Below, in pieces: positions 17,920 to 32,924 of a stretch of DNA of 64,000 nucleotides. The first letter of the stretch is position 1; every line of letters begins with the position of its first letter. Source of the stretch: the human T2T-CHM13v2.0 reference genome, Homo sapiens; NCBI RefSeq assembly GCF_009914755.1, contig NC_060932.1; one strand, 5' to 3'. Made by a program: the position numbers and the translations under genes. A model generated the notes under the pieces. That model made no database searches. It saw nothing but the letters and a program-made list of their open reading frames with translations, and was not told the origin of the DNA.

Positions 17920-18600
17920 AGATGCGTTAATATTAATATGAAAAAATCTGCCATACAAAAAGACCAAAGACTATGAACAGTAATTCACAGGAATGGAACT
18001 GAAAACAGTCAGTTTACATCTGAAAAAATACTCATAATCTTCCGTAATCAAGGAAATGTAAATTAAAACCTATCAGAAGTATTGACAGCATCTGTGGTAG
18101 CCAGGGTGTGGGGAGTCAGGCTCTTTAATATATTGCAGGTGGGAGTGGAAATGGCTGCAATCTATTTTTAACAGTTATCTTGTGGCACCTAATACTTCCA
18201 AAATATATTGACCCAATGATGCACCTCAACTTTGAAAAACCTCCCAAGTCACAGATAAGAAAATAATTGCATAATTTATGGTATATTCATACTATGAAAT
18301 ATTATGTATCCATTAAAAATAATATATGTTTTAACCTGAAGGGATGTGCTATATTTTTAAAGCAAAATGTAAGTTGCAAAGTAATATTTATAATATGATT
18401 TCCTTTCTGTAAAAAATAAGGGGGAGAAACCCATATTTATGCATGCACAGTTAAGTGCATTTGCATGAGCACAGAGAAAAGAGTGGAAGCATACGACCAA
18501 ACTAATAACTTTGATTACTGAAGTGGGACAGGATTGGAGGGGAAGGGAAATTGATTAAATTTTTCTTTATACACTTCTGGATATAGTTTGATCTGTCACT
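17920..18600 (+). mobile_element. Ancient L1ME-like 3' fragment
   Basis: AATCAAGGAAATGTAAATTAAAAC; ATGGTATATTCATACTATGAAATATTATG. Confidence 0.6.
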
Positions 18601-18704
18601 GTGTACATACATTTCATAGGTTTTTTGGTAAAATCCAAATAAGTAACGGTAATCAAGAAGATGTAAAAAGTATCAGAAGCACATTCTTCTAGAAGGATGC
18701 ACAC

Positions 18705-19423
18705 TGTAATGGCCAGATGGGTTCTTCCTGTGCAGTGCACAGAAAAAAACAATTCACTGTGCTATTGCAGTGGAGAGAGTTTCATTAAATCTGGGTCGGC
18801 CACATAGAAGATGGAGTTATTACTCAACCCGTCTCTCTGAAGGCTCAGAGGTTAGGACAATTTGGTGGGCAAGGGACTAGGGAATTGTGCAGCTGATGGG
18901 TTGGGGATGCAATCACAGAGGTGTGGAAAACGGTCCTCATGCACTGAGCCCATCTCTGGGTGGGAGACTGACCACAGGACCATTTGAGTCGTAAGTCCAG
19001 ATGGAATTGGTCTGAAAAATATCTCAAAAGACCAGTCTTAGGTTCTACAATACTGATGTTATCTATAGGAGCAACTGGGGAAGTTACAAATCTTGTGACC
19101 TGTGGCCACATGACTCCTGAGCAGTAAGGGATCAGAGAAACTACACCTACATTTTAGTAAAATTCAGGCCCTCCCATAATCTCATGGCCTTTCATTAGTT
19201 TTACAAAGGCAGTTTTGGTCCCTGAGAAAGAAGGGGGTTCGTTTTAGAGAACAACTATTATTATCCTCATTTTCAAGTTAAACTATCAACTAAATTCCTC
19301 CCATGGTTAGCTTGGCCTAGGCCCAGGAATGAGCACAGTAGCCGGCCTGTGAGGCTAGAAGCAAGATGGAGTTAGCCATGCTAGACTTCTCTCACTGTCA
19401 TAATCCTTGTAAAAGCAGTTTCA
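18705..19423 (-). mobile_element. LTR8-family ERV1 solo LTR
   Basis: TG...CA termini; minus strand begins TGAAACTGCTTTTACAAGGATTATGACAGTGAGAG; perfect 4-bp TSD ACAC at 18701-18704 and 19424-19427. Confidence 0.85.
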
Positions 19424-20574
19424 ACACAAAGACAAAGCCACTGGCCATAGCAATAAGGAGACAAAGCTCTTTAGAAAGCTCCTTAGGAGAGTGGGGTTCA
19501 GTAGGTGAAACAGACAGCAGGAAGAATCCTGGTTTCAAAATATTCCAAAAGAAGTGAGTAGTAGAAAGATTCTTACAGAAAGTTAATATTCCCATGGGGG
19601 TTGAATACTTTATATATATATTTCTGTTTGCATAAAGTTTTCCATTTTATGAAAATAAACACATATTTTGTGGGAGATTTCACACAAAGAAATAAAAATA
19701 AAAGAAAAAAATGCACACAATAATTTGTTAAAAGCTTTAAAAGGCTTTCTGGTGCATTATCCTGTTTGGCCCTCACAGGAACCCGGCCCTGTCATCAGGA
19801 TTACCTTCCCATTCTACACATAGGAAAACCAAATCACAGACAATAAAGTGACTTTCCCAAGACACACAGCTGCTGAGAGGCCACGATGGCCCAACAATCA
19901 GCTCTCCTGGATTAAACCTCTGTATTTCATTTAGCAGAAGCCCCAAAGTGCAAAAGTTCCTTCTGGCATCCAAGGGAAGCAGGTTGAAATATGGAGAACT
20001 CACTCCCATTGTTGGATAAAGAGTAGATCAGGGGAATCCGATCTGAATCAAAATTAGCTTCACTGTACCCAAGCTGAGGCAGGGGGCTGTAACAGAGAAG
20101 CCAGCCAGATGGAAGCTTCTATTCCTTTCTGCCACGAGCTCCCCATGACCTCAGGAAAGTAACTTCACCTCTGTGTCTCAGTTTCCCTCTCTCTAAATGG
20201 GATACCCTATCTTCCTCCAAAGAGAAAGTGTGCTGAGATCAATTGGCCTTCGTCTACGAGAGCTTTGAACTTGTTAGTAGAAAGTAGTACACAGGTCGCC
20301 TGATCCTGCTCCTTTAGAAGTGACTCTTTGAGAACATGTTCAGGAAGATGATTTATGGCCTGGCCATTCCACCCTCATTCACCTCATGGTGCGAATAAGC
20401 CTGCTAAGGGCGTCTAAGAGACTAAATATAAATTGAAACCACGCCTGCTGAAAGCTGTTGGGTGCCAGGAGCTGTCAGAAAAACCTGATATCTTTAGTAG
20501 TCAGGTTTGTGTGAAAGAATGTGACAAACCAAGGCCAAGGCCAAAGGGGATCCACCTTAACCAAAAAAAACCTT

Positions 20575-20576
20575 GT

Positions 20577-20616
<40 letters not shown>
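20575..20616. repeat. (TG)n microsatellite with CG interruptions
   Basis: Directly visible. Confidence 0.95.
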
Positions 20617-20622
<6 letters not shown>

Positions 20623-23329
20623 CAGTCATGCAGGTAGATACCAGTTCCATTAAGGAAACTTCATTTATCTTTCCTTGATTCCAGAAAACAAATAGTAACA
20701 GCCTCAAAACACCGTCTTTGGGGTTACTGAAAAGCTAAGAATGAGTAAACAACCATATATACCATAGGTGTTGAGAGATGATGGGTTTGTGTGCATTTCC
20801 TGTTCACCCAGCAATGTGGTAAACTCCTGAAGCAAAAAAAAACCTTTCTTGTGATGGTCTATTTGGTGTCTGCTCTTTCTCCTGCCCTGCCCACTCCTCA
20901 CACATGGCATATAAGGCAGGGCTTTGCACACAGAGGCTCATTCAACACTGACGTTCTGATGCTACATGTTCACAGCTTAAAGATTTCTTGGGCATTCTAC
21001 AGAAAAAAATCTGACAAGTGACAGACATTGAATTCTAACATATGGGATTATAACTAAAATATTACCCAGACTAGTAGCACACATTTAGATGGTTATAGCC
21101 TAAGCACAGTAAGGGTCCTTTTGTTACTTAAAAGAAAATTTTTTTAGTAGAATAGATTACCTGACATTCTATGACTCTCTACTTACATACACACTCAAAA
21201 GCAACCCAGAGGTGTTTATGCACATAAAAATCAACCTTTTCATTGCTTATCGAGCCCAAGACATGTACTATGGGTTAATTATTTTGCTACATGGTACCCA
21301 GTATGTGGAACCTAAAGTTTTGGAGGGGTTGCTTGTTTGTTCTTTTCAGGATTGTTTGCTTTTCTAAAACACAGTTCCTTTCTTCCAGGAGGTCACTGAA
21401 GGTCGAAGGAGACCAGTAGTTGAAACTAATATCTTCTATGTCCACTGTTAAAGTTGAATGAGCATCCACTCTGTATAAGACACTATGTGAGACTCTAGGG
21501 CATGAAAACGTATAGGCAAAACTTCTGCTTTAGGGTCTCCATGGATGGTTACATTTAGTTTTAAATACCTGGTACACCGCACCTTTCCAAGTTTTATTTC
21601 TTGCCTATCAAATGCGCCACCCAAGACAGTGGATGGCATAGCTATGAAATGAATAAAAGCCGAACAGTGTTTTTCCTAATCCCTAGATCCATAATCTTTG
21701 ATAAGCATCATAAAAGAGCAATGCAGTATAAATAGAGCACTCAGGGCATCATAAAGCATAATGAATAATTTGCACAGATCTACTTTTCAATGAAGAAATA
21801 ACTTTCCTTGGAGCTTTCACATTAGGATATAAGAGAATTAAAATAAAAAAAGAAGAAAGAGAGGCAGCAGAGGAGGGAAGAGAACAAGAAAGAAAAAAAG
21901 AAAAAGAAACCTTTCTGTTGTTTTGAAAATGGGATCAATTCTTTTTTTTTTTTTAATTCTATTGATTCTTAGAAGAAATGAAGTCACTGGATCATGTTTC
22001 TGCTTATTTTGGAGCCAGAGTAGTTTCGTCGTCAAAGTTACAAGCTCTTTCCTCCCATTAAAGGAGTCCCAGGCTCCAAACTCATTATTACTTCTTTCCG
22101 TCCTTGAGTTTGTCCACAGAAGCGGCCTCCCATCCCTTGCTTCTGTACCTGTATGATGGAATCAGTGTCAGATTTCAACTTGGAAACCTGGTTAAACTCA
22201 GAGGCTGTATTAATCCTGTTTGAAACCTACCAACCACATGACTAAAAAAGAGGATGAGAAACTAAATTCCTGGTTGAATGAGTTGAGGATTTCCATGGCC
22301 CCAGAGACAAAACAGACTGAGGAAAACAGAACACATCTCTAGCACGTGGCTAGAGGCAGAACAAGCCTTGACATTTAGACTTTGAAGAACCATAGCTGGG
22401 CCTAAGGGACAATCTGGAAGTGAGCACATCAAGCTCTTCAAAGAAGCTTCTGTTAATGAAGGCTGCTGCAGGGCCAGGCTGCAGCTCGGGCTGCAAGCCG
22501 GCCATCAATCAGCACTTAGTTCTCCTCCTGGGCACCCTGACACTTCACACATCAGTCCAGTTTAGGCAGGCTGAGTATTCCTAAAATTAAAATGCCTGTG
22601 TTACACTGACCCTGAAGATAAAGGAGGGGCAAGAGAAAGAATGAAGAGGCAGAAGGACTCAGGCATAGGACTGAGATCGCTGGGCAAAACACTGCTGATC
22701 CCAAGATCTGATTTCATTCCCAATGTCCAAGTCACAAAAAAGTTCTGCTGAAATATACAAGAACTCCAGAGTAAAAACTCCAGGAGATGGAAGAATATTC
22801 ATTGCCAAAATTGAATCCCTTGGCCATTCTAACTCCTCCTGAATTCTTACCCTCGGAGCATTCAGGTTTGCAGATTGGCACCTGAGCACAGGAGCTCATC
22901 AAAGTCTTGACAATTCGCCAAAGATCATTGTTAGTCTTTGGTGACAATACCACTAGTGGGCACAGAGCCACAGAGTCCTAAGTGTCAATGAATGATTTTG
23001 TTTTCTTTGGAAATATTGATCTTGAATGATCAGGGGTCCTACAAGCAGAGGGGGAAGAGATCCCAACGTGTGTTTGGTGGCTGGCAAATCATGTAAGCAC
23101 CCAGTTGTTTACTCATAGGGTTCCTGAGTTCACATGATGTGGCAGGAGGCACTGTTGCAGCTCTCGGCTCCAACTTCCATCCCCTCTGTGTTACTAACTC
23201 CTGTTAGCATCAAATCTAACCCTTTAATTATTTAGGAATCTCATAAAGCATTAATTGTTCAACCTCTCTCATTGTATAGAAATTTTAGTTCAAATATCTA
23301 TGAGAGTATACAGGAACAAATACCACATT

Positions 23330-23335
<6 letters not shown>

Positions 23336-23366
<31 letters not shown>
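23336..23366. repeat. (TA)n microsatellite
   Basis: About 15 perfect units. Confidence 0.95.
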
Positions 23367-23368
<2 letters not shown>

Positions 23369-23431
23369 GCAAGTGAAAACCCATCAGTTCTTATCATGAG
23401 AGGGACCCACATCCCTTATTTGGTTAGTTAG

Positions 23432-23927
<496 letters not shown>

Positions 23928-24430
23928 TGAATTAGATATTCTTAAATGACTTGCAGACCTTGGCCCGGAGTAACCCAGAGCCTCCCTAGGAAAGGCAACT
24001 GGGCTTCAAGCAGCACCTCTACCTCGCCTTTAATCACACCTCAACCCCGATGACACAAACCCTGCAAGTATTGCCCCACCCTTGCAATCATGTTAGGAGT
24101 TTTCCCAGGCTGTTGGGCAGAAGTACTCCAGCACAGAGTTTGGTATTATAGCTTTGCTCATAATATATTCTGAGTTCCCCATGAAGTTTCCAGACAGAAA
24201 GATGACAAGATAACGAGGCATATGGAGTCTGAAGGCAATGAAAGAGCTACTAGTGATGAGGGGATTTATGAGACTCTTTCCATAAAGAGGGGAGAGACTC
24301 TTACTACTCTCCCCACTTTGTCACAATGACTAAGACAAAGTTCTGGTGAACTCTCCTGCAACATTCTGGCCCTTCCCAGTAACTCATAGGCCACAAAAAA
24401 TTATAAAATAGCCATAGTGCATCTGTCTGA

Positions 24431-24776
<346 letters not shown>

Positions 24777-24779
24777 TAA

Positions 24780-25126
24780 TTCTTTTTCTTTCTTTTTCTT
24801 TCTTTCTTTCTTCTTTCTTTTCTTTTTCTTTTTTTCCTTTCTGTCTTCGCTTCTTTATTTTTTTGAGACAGGGTCTCACGCAATGGTGTGATGTCGGCTC
24901 ACTGCAGCCTCGACCTCCTGGGCTCAAACAGTCCTCCCACCTCAGCCTCCTGGGTAGCTTGACTACAGGTGCCCGGCCAATTTGTTGTTGCTGTTGTTGT
25001 TGTTGTTGTTGTTGTTGTTTTGTAGAGATGGTGCCTCGTTATGTTGCCTAGGCTGGGCCCAAGTGATCCTCCTGCCTCAGCTTCCCAAAGTGCTGGGATT
25101 ATAAGCATGAGCCACCACATCTGTCC
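24780..25126 (-). mobile_element. AluJ with (TTTC)n tail and (TTG)n-expanded middle linker
   Basis: Reverse Alu with deletions; (TGT)n at about 24982-25020. Confidence 0.9.
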
Positions 25127-25255
25127 TTGTAATCTAATTATTTCTAAGGAAGAAACTATAGCAGAGAGGGAGAAAAAGAAGAGATGGAGGCATCTTTTTA
25201 AAACACCCAGAGTTGGAGATTTCCTAACCTACAAATTTATAACCTCTAAGTGTTA

Positions 25256-25596
<341 letters not shown>

Positions 25597-27285
25597 CTAC
25601 ACTTGTACTTACATGTCCTCTGCCATTTTCCTGCCCAAGAGTCCACGTCCTGCATGTGACTGCTACTGAAGAAGGCAACACCCACTGAGCTGGCCATCCC
25701 TTCCATGTCAATACAGTCCAGCATCTCAAAAGGGGATGACTCTGAGGCCCAATCTCAGCTATCCTACTACCATTAAAGTGTTGTGTCAGCATGCAGCCTG
25801 AGTTCATTTTCTGAAATACATCTCCTCTCTTCATGTTCTAGGTCAAATACAAGTGACTCCCGGCTTGGTCTTATTGCTGACATCTTTCTTGTTCCTTCCC
25901 AGCTGAGCTATGCATGATTCTCTCCATATATTTCTCATCATAAATCAATCCCTAATTCCTTAAAGTATTAGCAGCTACCTCAAGAGCTTGTATTGAGGAC
26001 CAAATTAAGCATAAATAGAAAGTATATAGTGTGGCAGCCAGCACATACAAAGATCTCTACCAATATCGACTATTATTGACTATTATTATCTACGTGCATT
26101 TCTCTTTATTCCACCCATATGATCATTTTTTGAGGATAGGGACAAATGAGTCTAAAAACTGGACCTGGCATTCTCAATGCAATTGTACCTAAAAGACTCA
26201 AGAGAAGGACTGGCTCTCCCTCCTCCATGAGACATTCCAGCCAAAATAGCCCTGCCCTTTCCCACCAGGAGGTCACATTACACACATGCGTCTTGTTAGC
26301 ATTTCGTTCACCATGACTATTTTGACATTTCTGTTGTTGTCATTGCGCCTAGATGCTTAATATATACTTTGAATTACTTTCCTTGAAAACAAACAAAAAC
26401 CCTCTTTACACAGGTTTTGATTGGTTCAAGTCCTTCACTAGTATTTGCTTCTCCTTCAGTTTAGCATTACCAACAAGTTGTGATGTACTGATTATATTTC
26501 TTTTTTGAGGATTAAAAGGTGCTAATTGGAGTAAATACGCATGAAGGCATCTGTAGGAATATTTAATTAAAACACATCTGGGCAGTTAATTGATTGCTTG
26601 GTGAAAGCAGAACACTGTTTTTGAAAAACACAATTGAGACTCAATATTTATTGATTCTACCATGTGCAAGTTATTATGGCAGGTTTCCTATGTGGAAAAA
26701 ATGTAATTTTATGGGAAAAGATGGTTGTTAATTGAAATATAAGTCTATATACAATGTGTAAGATGCACAGAACAGACCTACGATAAAGAATCACTGGAGG
26801 TATTTCTCCATCAAGCACCAGCAAATACCTGGTATTCCCCACACTGAGCTCACAGCAGATACCAGGAATGGATCATGGCTCAGCCCAGACAAAGCCCTGG
26901 AGCCCTCCTCAACACAACTCCTTAGGAAACCTACATGAATCAATCAGAGTTTATCTAGTTATTCATTTGCTCAGCAAATATTTATTGCTCACTTACAATG
27001 TGCCAGGCATTGTCATAGGTGCTGTGCTGTAGCAGCAGACAATACAGAATTTGGTCCCTGCCCTCCTGGAGGGCTTGTGAGATGAGGCTGGAATTTAATA
27101 CAAAAGCTTTTCCCATTCCTAACTTAGACTATCTTGTGCTATTATAATTTGTCTATTAAAAGATATAAGATAAGAGAAGGAAAGCACACAACTACTCTGT
27201 CTGTAAATTCCAGGATCCTGGAATTGAACTGGGTCAACAAACTGGAAGAGGAAAACTATTCTAGATTATGTGCTAGAAAGAGGGT

Positions 27286-28330
27286 GTATTAATCAAGACC
27301 TTTGTCTACAAGTTAATAGAAAGTCCAATATAAACTCATTTTAAATGGGAAAGAAATTTATTGCTTCACCGTTTCAGAGACTGACTTGTCCCCCAATATC
27401 TCATAATCATATAACTCCTAATTATTACCTGGGCATTTGGCCACTTAGAATAAAAACTACTTTTCCAAGCCTCCTCCACACTAAGCTTTAGCCAATAAGA
27501 TATAAATAGAAGTCTATTTGGCAGCTTCTAAGAATCTTCCTCAAGAGACAGGGTGCACATACACTTCACCTTCTTCTTTCTTATGTCTTCCTCCTTCTAG
27601 CTGCCTGGAAAACAGAGGTCATTATCTTGGACCTTAGGATAAAGGTCATATCCTAGGGATAGTGGAGTGATGATCTGGAAGACTTCGGAGTCCGTGAGGA
27701 CTTTACCAAGTGGAGCTGCCACACTAGCCCTGCTCTGAGTTCCTCCAGACTTTTACATGAAAAAGGAATTAAGCATCCATTCCACTTAAGTCATTGTTAT
27801 TTTAGGTCCACATGACTCATATTGAAGCCTGGCCCTGATGACATACTCACATGATGGGAAGAACTGCAGTAGGGTGGGCTTTGGGAAAGGTGTGCTCCAG
27901 TGACTCTAGCTCCATTCCTCTGCAATACTCTTGGCCTCTGCTCTCTTCCATGAGGAAGACTCATCTCAGACTGGTAATGATATAGGTGTAGTGGTTCTAG
28001 ACCCTACGTCTGCACATGACAAGATCTAAAAGAAGAGGGTAAAAGTTGCTTCCAGAACTTTTCCCAGAAAAAGAAAACAAATTAAGGAGTCCCCAACAAA
28101 CCTGTCCTCTTGCATTTGGATCTGAATTGAATCCTGAAACAATCAGTAGCAAATGGGACAGGATTACCCTTTGACCTTGTGATAGAAAAGAGGAAAAGTG
28201 AATTTTCCTTGCTCAGTGGCAAGGTTCTGGAAGAATATGTGACACTGGAATTGTTGTTGCAACTTCTTTTGGAAAATGAAACCTGCCACAAGGAAAATGG
28301 GAGCTTGATAGGCCACCAAAAATATTCATC
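27286..28330. mobile_element. Nested ancient MaLR/ERVL LTR relics (MLT1/LTR16-like)
   Basis: AAAAGAAATTTATTGCTTCAC; ACTACTTTTCCAAGCCTCC..AGCCAATAAGAT; TCCTGAAACAATCAGTAGC. Confidence 0.5.
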
Positions 28331-29097
28331 ACCAGCAGGTAAGTCCTGTATACAAACACCCACCTGCTTGCTGTACAAAGTGATAGGTGCTTTAAGGCAT
28401 AAGATGCAACCACAAAAATGTAAGTATGAAAAGTAATGCTTAGCTTAATTATCTTGATTTAGCCATTTCATAATACATATATATGCCAAAACATCATGTT
28501 ATACACCATTAGTATATATAGTTTTGTCAGTTTAAAATAATAATAAAATTAAAAAGCATGCAAAGTGCTAAAACAGTTCAAAAATGCAAGAGATTATATT
28601 TCTGATTGCAGGGGTGTGCAGAGAAGACAGCATTTGTAAGTGAATCATGAAGTATGGGAAAGGTGTGTATATGGGGAAATATAGATAAGAGGATTCCAGT
28701 GAGAGATCAAGTAAGTAAATCCCAAGACACAAGAAAGTGTGTGAAAAATAGAATTCCAGATTAAGGGACTTCCATAGGTAAATCCAGAGGAGGAGGTGTC
28801 TAAGCAACAGTGTAAAGTTCATTCAAACAATCGCTCATCTCTTATACTTATTAAAGATTTATAATAATGTTTTCCTAAGACTCTCCTCTGAAAACTGTTG
28901 GCAAAATAATATAAGTAAGTAAATTGAATAACAGGTAAGCAGGCCAGCAGACAGGAGAAAAGAGAAGTGACAGGGGGTGGTGGAGAGAGAAAGAAACAAA
29001 GCACATCCATAGTAGGCACCCTCTGTTGGAAGCCACCAGCTTACCTGATTGACCTAATGGCTGCCTACACTGACTTCATGGCACTCGGGCTGATGAC

Positions 29098-29441
29098 CCA
29101 TCTTAATTGATTTTGTGCCACCATAACAAAAGACCTGAGACTAGGCAATTTATAAATAACAGAAATTTAATTCTCACAGTTCTAGGGGCTGGGAAGTCCA
29201 AAATCAAGGTGCCAGCATCTGGTGAGGGTCTTCCTGCTGTGTCCTTACAGGGAAGAAGGCAGAAGGGGCAAGAGAAAGTGATCCCACTCCTGCAAGCCCT
29301 TATTATATCAGCATTAATTCATTCATGAGGGCAGAACCCTCCTGGCTGAAACATCTCCCAAAAGGTCCCATCTCCTAACACTGTTGCATTGGAAATTAAA
29401 TTTCCAACACATGAGTTTGGAGACACATTCAGACCATAGCA
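29098..29441 (-). mobile_element. MLT1A/MSTD-like MaLR LTR
   Basis: TTCTCACAGTTCTAGGGGCTGGGAAGTCCAAAATCAAGGTGCCAGCATCTGGTGAGGG..CATTCAGACCATAGCA. Confidence 0.85.
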
Positions 29442-30734
29442 CTTTCTATAAATGAAAGGGTTGATTTTAAACCACCAGGTGTTCTCAGCCTATTTCACAT
29501 AGAAAATAATCATATTTCTTCATAACCCAGATAAGCAGGATTGAGGGCTAGAGGTGACCTGCTCCTGCACAGGGGCTGTAGCCCCCTAAGAGCTGAGAAG
29601 ATCAATACCCCACCACACATGTAACATGGCTTAGACTACAGTGGGTCCCAGCCTCAGTTGCATGCTGAAGTCCCTTTATGAATTTTTACAAGATTACTGA
29701 TGCAGTAGTATCTCCCAATATTGTGAATAATTGATCCTGGATATAGCCAGGCCACAGAATGTTTTGAATATTTGCTTCATGGTTTTTGAATACATTGCTC
29801 TACAACCTGATCATCAAGAACTCTCTAGAATTGACTCTTACAGAATGAAGTCTTGAAGGCTTAATAGTTCAGAGTTCATCTTCACAATTGGAGTTTCTAC
29901 CTTGTAATAGCATTTAATCATTTATCTACAAAGGAACAGGAATAACTCTGTGACTGGAGGGGAAAAGCTCACTCTAAATGTTTGTATTATGCTAAACTTC
30001 CAACTATGTAGAAGTATCTGGACAATTTTTTTAAATTTCCAATCCAGATGTGTGATTTTATTTAGACTCCCAGGGGAAAACTCTGTTTCTGACATTCCTA
30101 ATGAGAAGAGACATTTTTGTTATTAGACATTGAGGAATTTGGGCATGAATAACTCAGGCTGGGAGTGCTGTTTGTGACTCAAATGTATGTATCTCCAAAT
30201 TGGTCTCTGCCCATGATAAAATAGGGGAAAAAAAAACTGCTTAACTGCCTATGACATAAGATTTTCACTGAGTTGGCAATACATTTTCCAATAGAGGAGT
30301 CAGGGGTAACTTAGGTAATTTTAGTAGCAAAGGCCCACGGGAAGTTTCCTACCATGGATTATATTCTTTAGTTCATCAGTACAACCATATGAAGGGTGAA
30401 GAAATGCTTTCAGCCACCAACCAACAGTGAATTCACTTCTTCTTGGGGTCTAGACAACCCTGCTATGTGCAGATTAGATCCCTCCACCTCCACCAGAAGG
30501 TTCGTTTTCCAGATGAATCTCAGCCAGCTGCATGCTGTTGTCATTCTAGTCTGGTGAAAAGCAACATGTATCTCTTTATTTTGTCACCTGAAATACAAAA
30601 AGGATTATGACATTTTGGGTAGTGTTGTGGGTTACTGGCCATAGATGGAGATAGCAGCTCTGGGGTGATTCTGTAGTGAGGCTCAGGAGGAAAGGGGGCT
30701 TTCTGCAGTCTAAAACTTGGGTTGTAAGCTGTTG

Positions 30735-31280
30735 ATGATACATTTGAAGTCAGACTACCTAGGTTCAGGTCCCTGCTTAACCAATTATTAGATATATCTT
30801 GGGCAAGTCATTGAAACTCCAGACTCCTCATTTGTAAGATATAGTTTGATCATGATTAAGTTTTACAACTAACTCAGAGTTAAAAATACAGCAACTGGAG
30901 GAGTTTGGTTTCAATAGTAAGCCACTCTAAGGGTCAACATGCTATAGTGCGAGGTATATGGGCTTTTGAACCATAAGACACAGATAAGGCTCTCAGCTTC
31001 TCTGAGCTTCAGTTTCCACCTCTATCATATGGGTAATGTGAATCAAAGGTGGTCAGTCAGGAAGCTTGGGGTCATAGCCAGCACTTGCATTTGGTAGCCT
31101 TAGGCAAATCACTTAGCCTCACTGAGCCTCAGTTTCCTTCACTGTTCAGAGAAACTAATACTGTCTATTTTTGTAGGTAACTGTATTTTTAAATTGAATA
31201 ATGAACACATATAAAGAATCTTGTAGGGAGACACCTAGCATATAGGAGGCACTTAACAAATGGAAACCACTATTATTTTT
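30735..31280 (+). mobile_element. MIR cluster
   Basis: Repeated cores TTGGGCAAGTCA, CTGAGCTTCAGTTTCC, CTGAGCCTCAGTTTCC. Confidence 0.7.
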
Positions 31281-31285
31281 GTCAT

Positions 31286-31646
31286 TGTACTAGTCCATTT
31301 TCACATTGCTATAAAGAACTACCTGAGACTGGGTAATTTATAAAGGAAAGAGGTTTAATTGACTCATGGTTCCACATTGCTGGGGAGGCCTCAGGAAACT
31401 TACAATCATGGTGGAAGGTGAAGGAGAAGCAAGGCACATCTTACATGGTGGCAGGAGAGAGAGAGTAAGGTGGGAAAGTGCCACAGTTTTAAACCATCAG
31501 ATCTAATCAGAACTCACTATCACGAGAACAGCAAGGGCAGAATCCGCCCCCATGATCCAATCGCCCCCACCAGGTCTCTCCCCTGACACACGGGGATTAC
31601 AATTCGAGATGAGATTTGGATGGGGACACAGAGCCAAGCCATATCA
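31286..31646 (-). mobile_element. THE1D/MSTA-like MaLR solo LTR
   Basis: TGTACTAGTCCATTTTCACATTGCTATAAAGAACTACC...GCCATATCA; TSD GTCAT/GTCAC. Confidence 0.92.
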
Positions 31647-31839
31647 GTCACTATATGTAAATATATCTTGTAATTGTGTACAAGGCTTTACACATATCTG
31701 TTAGTATTATCTTTTCCTCCACCATGCCTAAGAATGCCAACATAGTGAAATGCCTAAAAGTATTACCTTATAAAAGTAAATAAGTTAGCTTGGAGTCAGA
31801 AACAATAATTCAAATAAACATATTTGAATAGTCAAAAGC

Positions 31840-32060
31840 TTGGGAAGGGAATCAGGCTTCTTAGGCTAAATCCCAGCTGTGTGACCTCAGACAAGTCACT
31901 TACCCTCCCTGTGCTTCAGTTTGGCTATCTCTAAAATGGGATGACAATTGCAGTGATCTCATATGGCTGTTATGAGAATTAAATAACTTTAATAAATTAA
32001 ATAGTGACAAGTCCCTAGAACATGTCTAACTCATAGTAAATTTTCAGTAAGTGTTGACTT
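31840..32060 (+). mobile_element. MIR
   Basis: AGCTGTGTGACCTCAGACAAGTCACTTACCCTCCCTGTGCTTCAGTTT. Confidence 0.8.
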
Positions 32061-32244
32061 TTATTTCTGTGTGCCAATGGCTATGCCAGCCCAATTCTTC
32101 ACAGATCTTCACAGATCATTATGCCAGCCTAATTATTCTCCTGAAGGGCTCACAGTCTAGGAAGACAATAGACTCTATAAACAGCTTTGGGGCCACCCCA
32201 AATGGTACACTGCAAATTTGAAAAAGCTGTCCCTTTTTCAAGAC

Positions 32245-32457
32245 TTTTTAAAAAAAATGTTTAATATTTGTGAGTACATAATAGGTGTATATATTTATGG
32301 GATACATGAGATGTTTTGATACAGGTATGTAATGCATAATAATCACATCATGGAGAATGGGGTATCCATCCCCTCAAGCATTTATCCTTTGTGTTACAAC
32401 AATCCAATTACACTCTTTGGTTTATTTTAAAATGTACAATTAAGTTATTATTGACTA
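32245..32457 (-). mobile_element. Short L1MA-like 3' end inside a hAT-Tip100 (MER91-like) relic
   Basis: GTACATAATAGGTGTATATATTTATGGGATACATGAGATG; flank GCTTGTGCAGTGCACAGC. Confidence 0.75.
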
Positions 32458-32924
32458 AGACACTTTACTGCCATCTGCCAGAAATTTTCAAAATAAATAT
32501 ACAATCATTATTTATATGAATGATGCCCCCCAGGCTTGTGCAGTGCACAGCTTTAACAGCCACATATGGGGACCTTGTATAACTGTACATTAAAAATGCA
32601 TGCATGTGCACAAGCACACGTTTTATTAGCAACAGAATAAAGAACCAAGGGAAAGGGGAGCACTGGGAAAGAATGAAGGAGACTTTGTGGAGAAAGTGAC
32701 ATTTAAATTGGGCCTTGAGGGATGAGTAGAAATTTACCAGGTGGAATTGAGAATGGGGGAATGAAAAGGGAAATCCAAGCAGAGGAAACAAAATAAGCTA
32801 AGTTCAGAAGCATAAGCTCATCTACACACTGGAGAGAGGAGTCTAATTTGTGAGCAGAGAAGAGGGACAGGGTAGGCCTCATGGGAGAGGGTAGGAATCA
32901 AGAAGAAATTGTAATTGGGACATT

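Noticed and set aside
29039-29047. Isolated strong minus-strand donor CAG|GTAAGC
   Set aside because: No convincing paired acceptor; lone donors are common by chance
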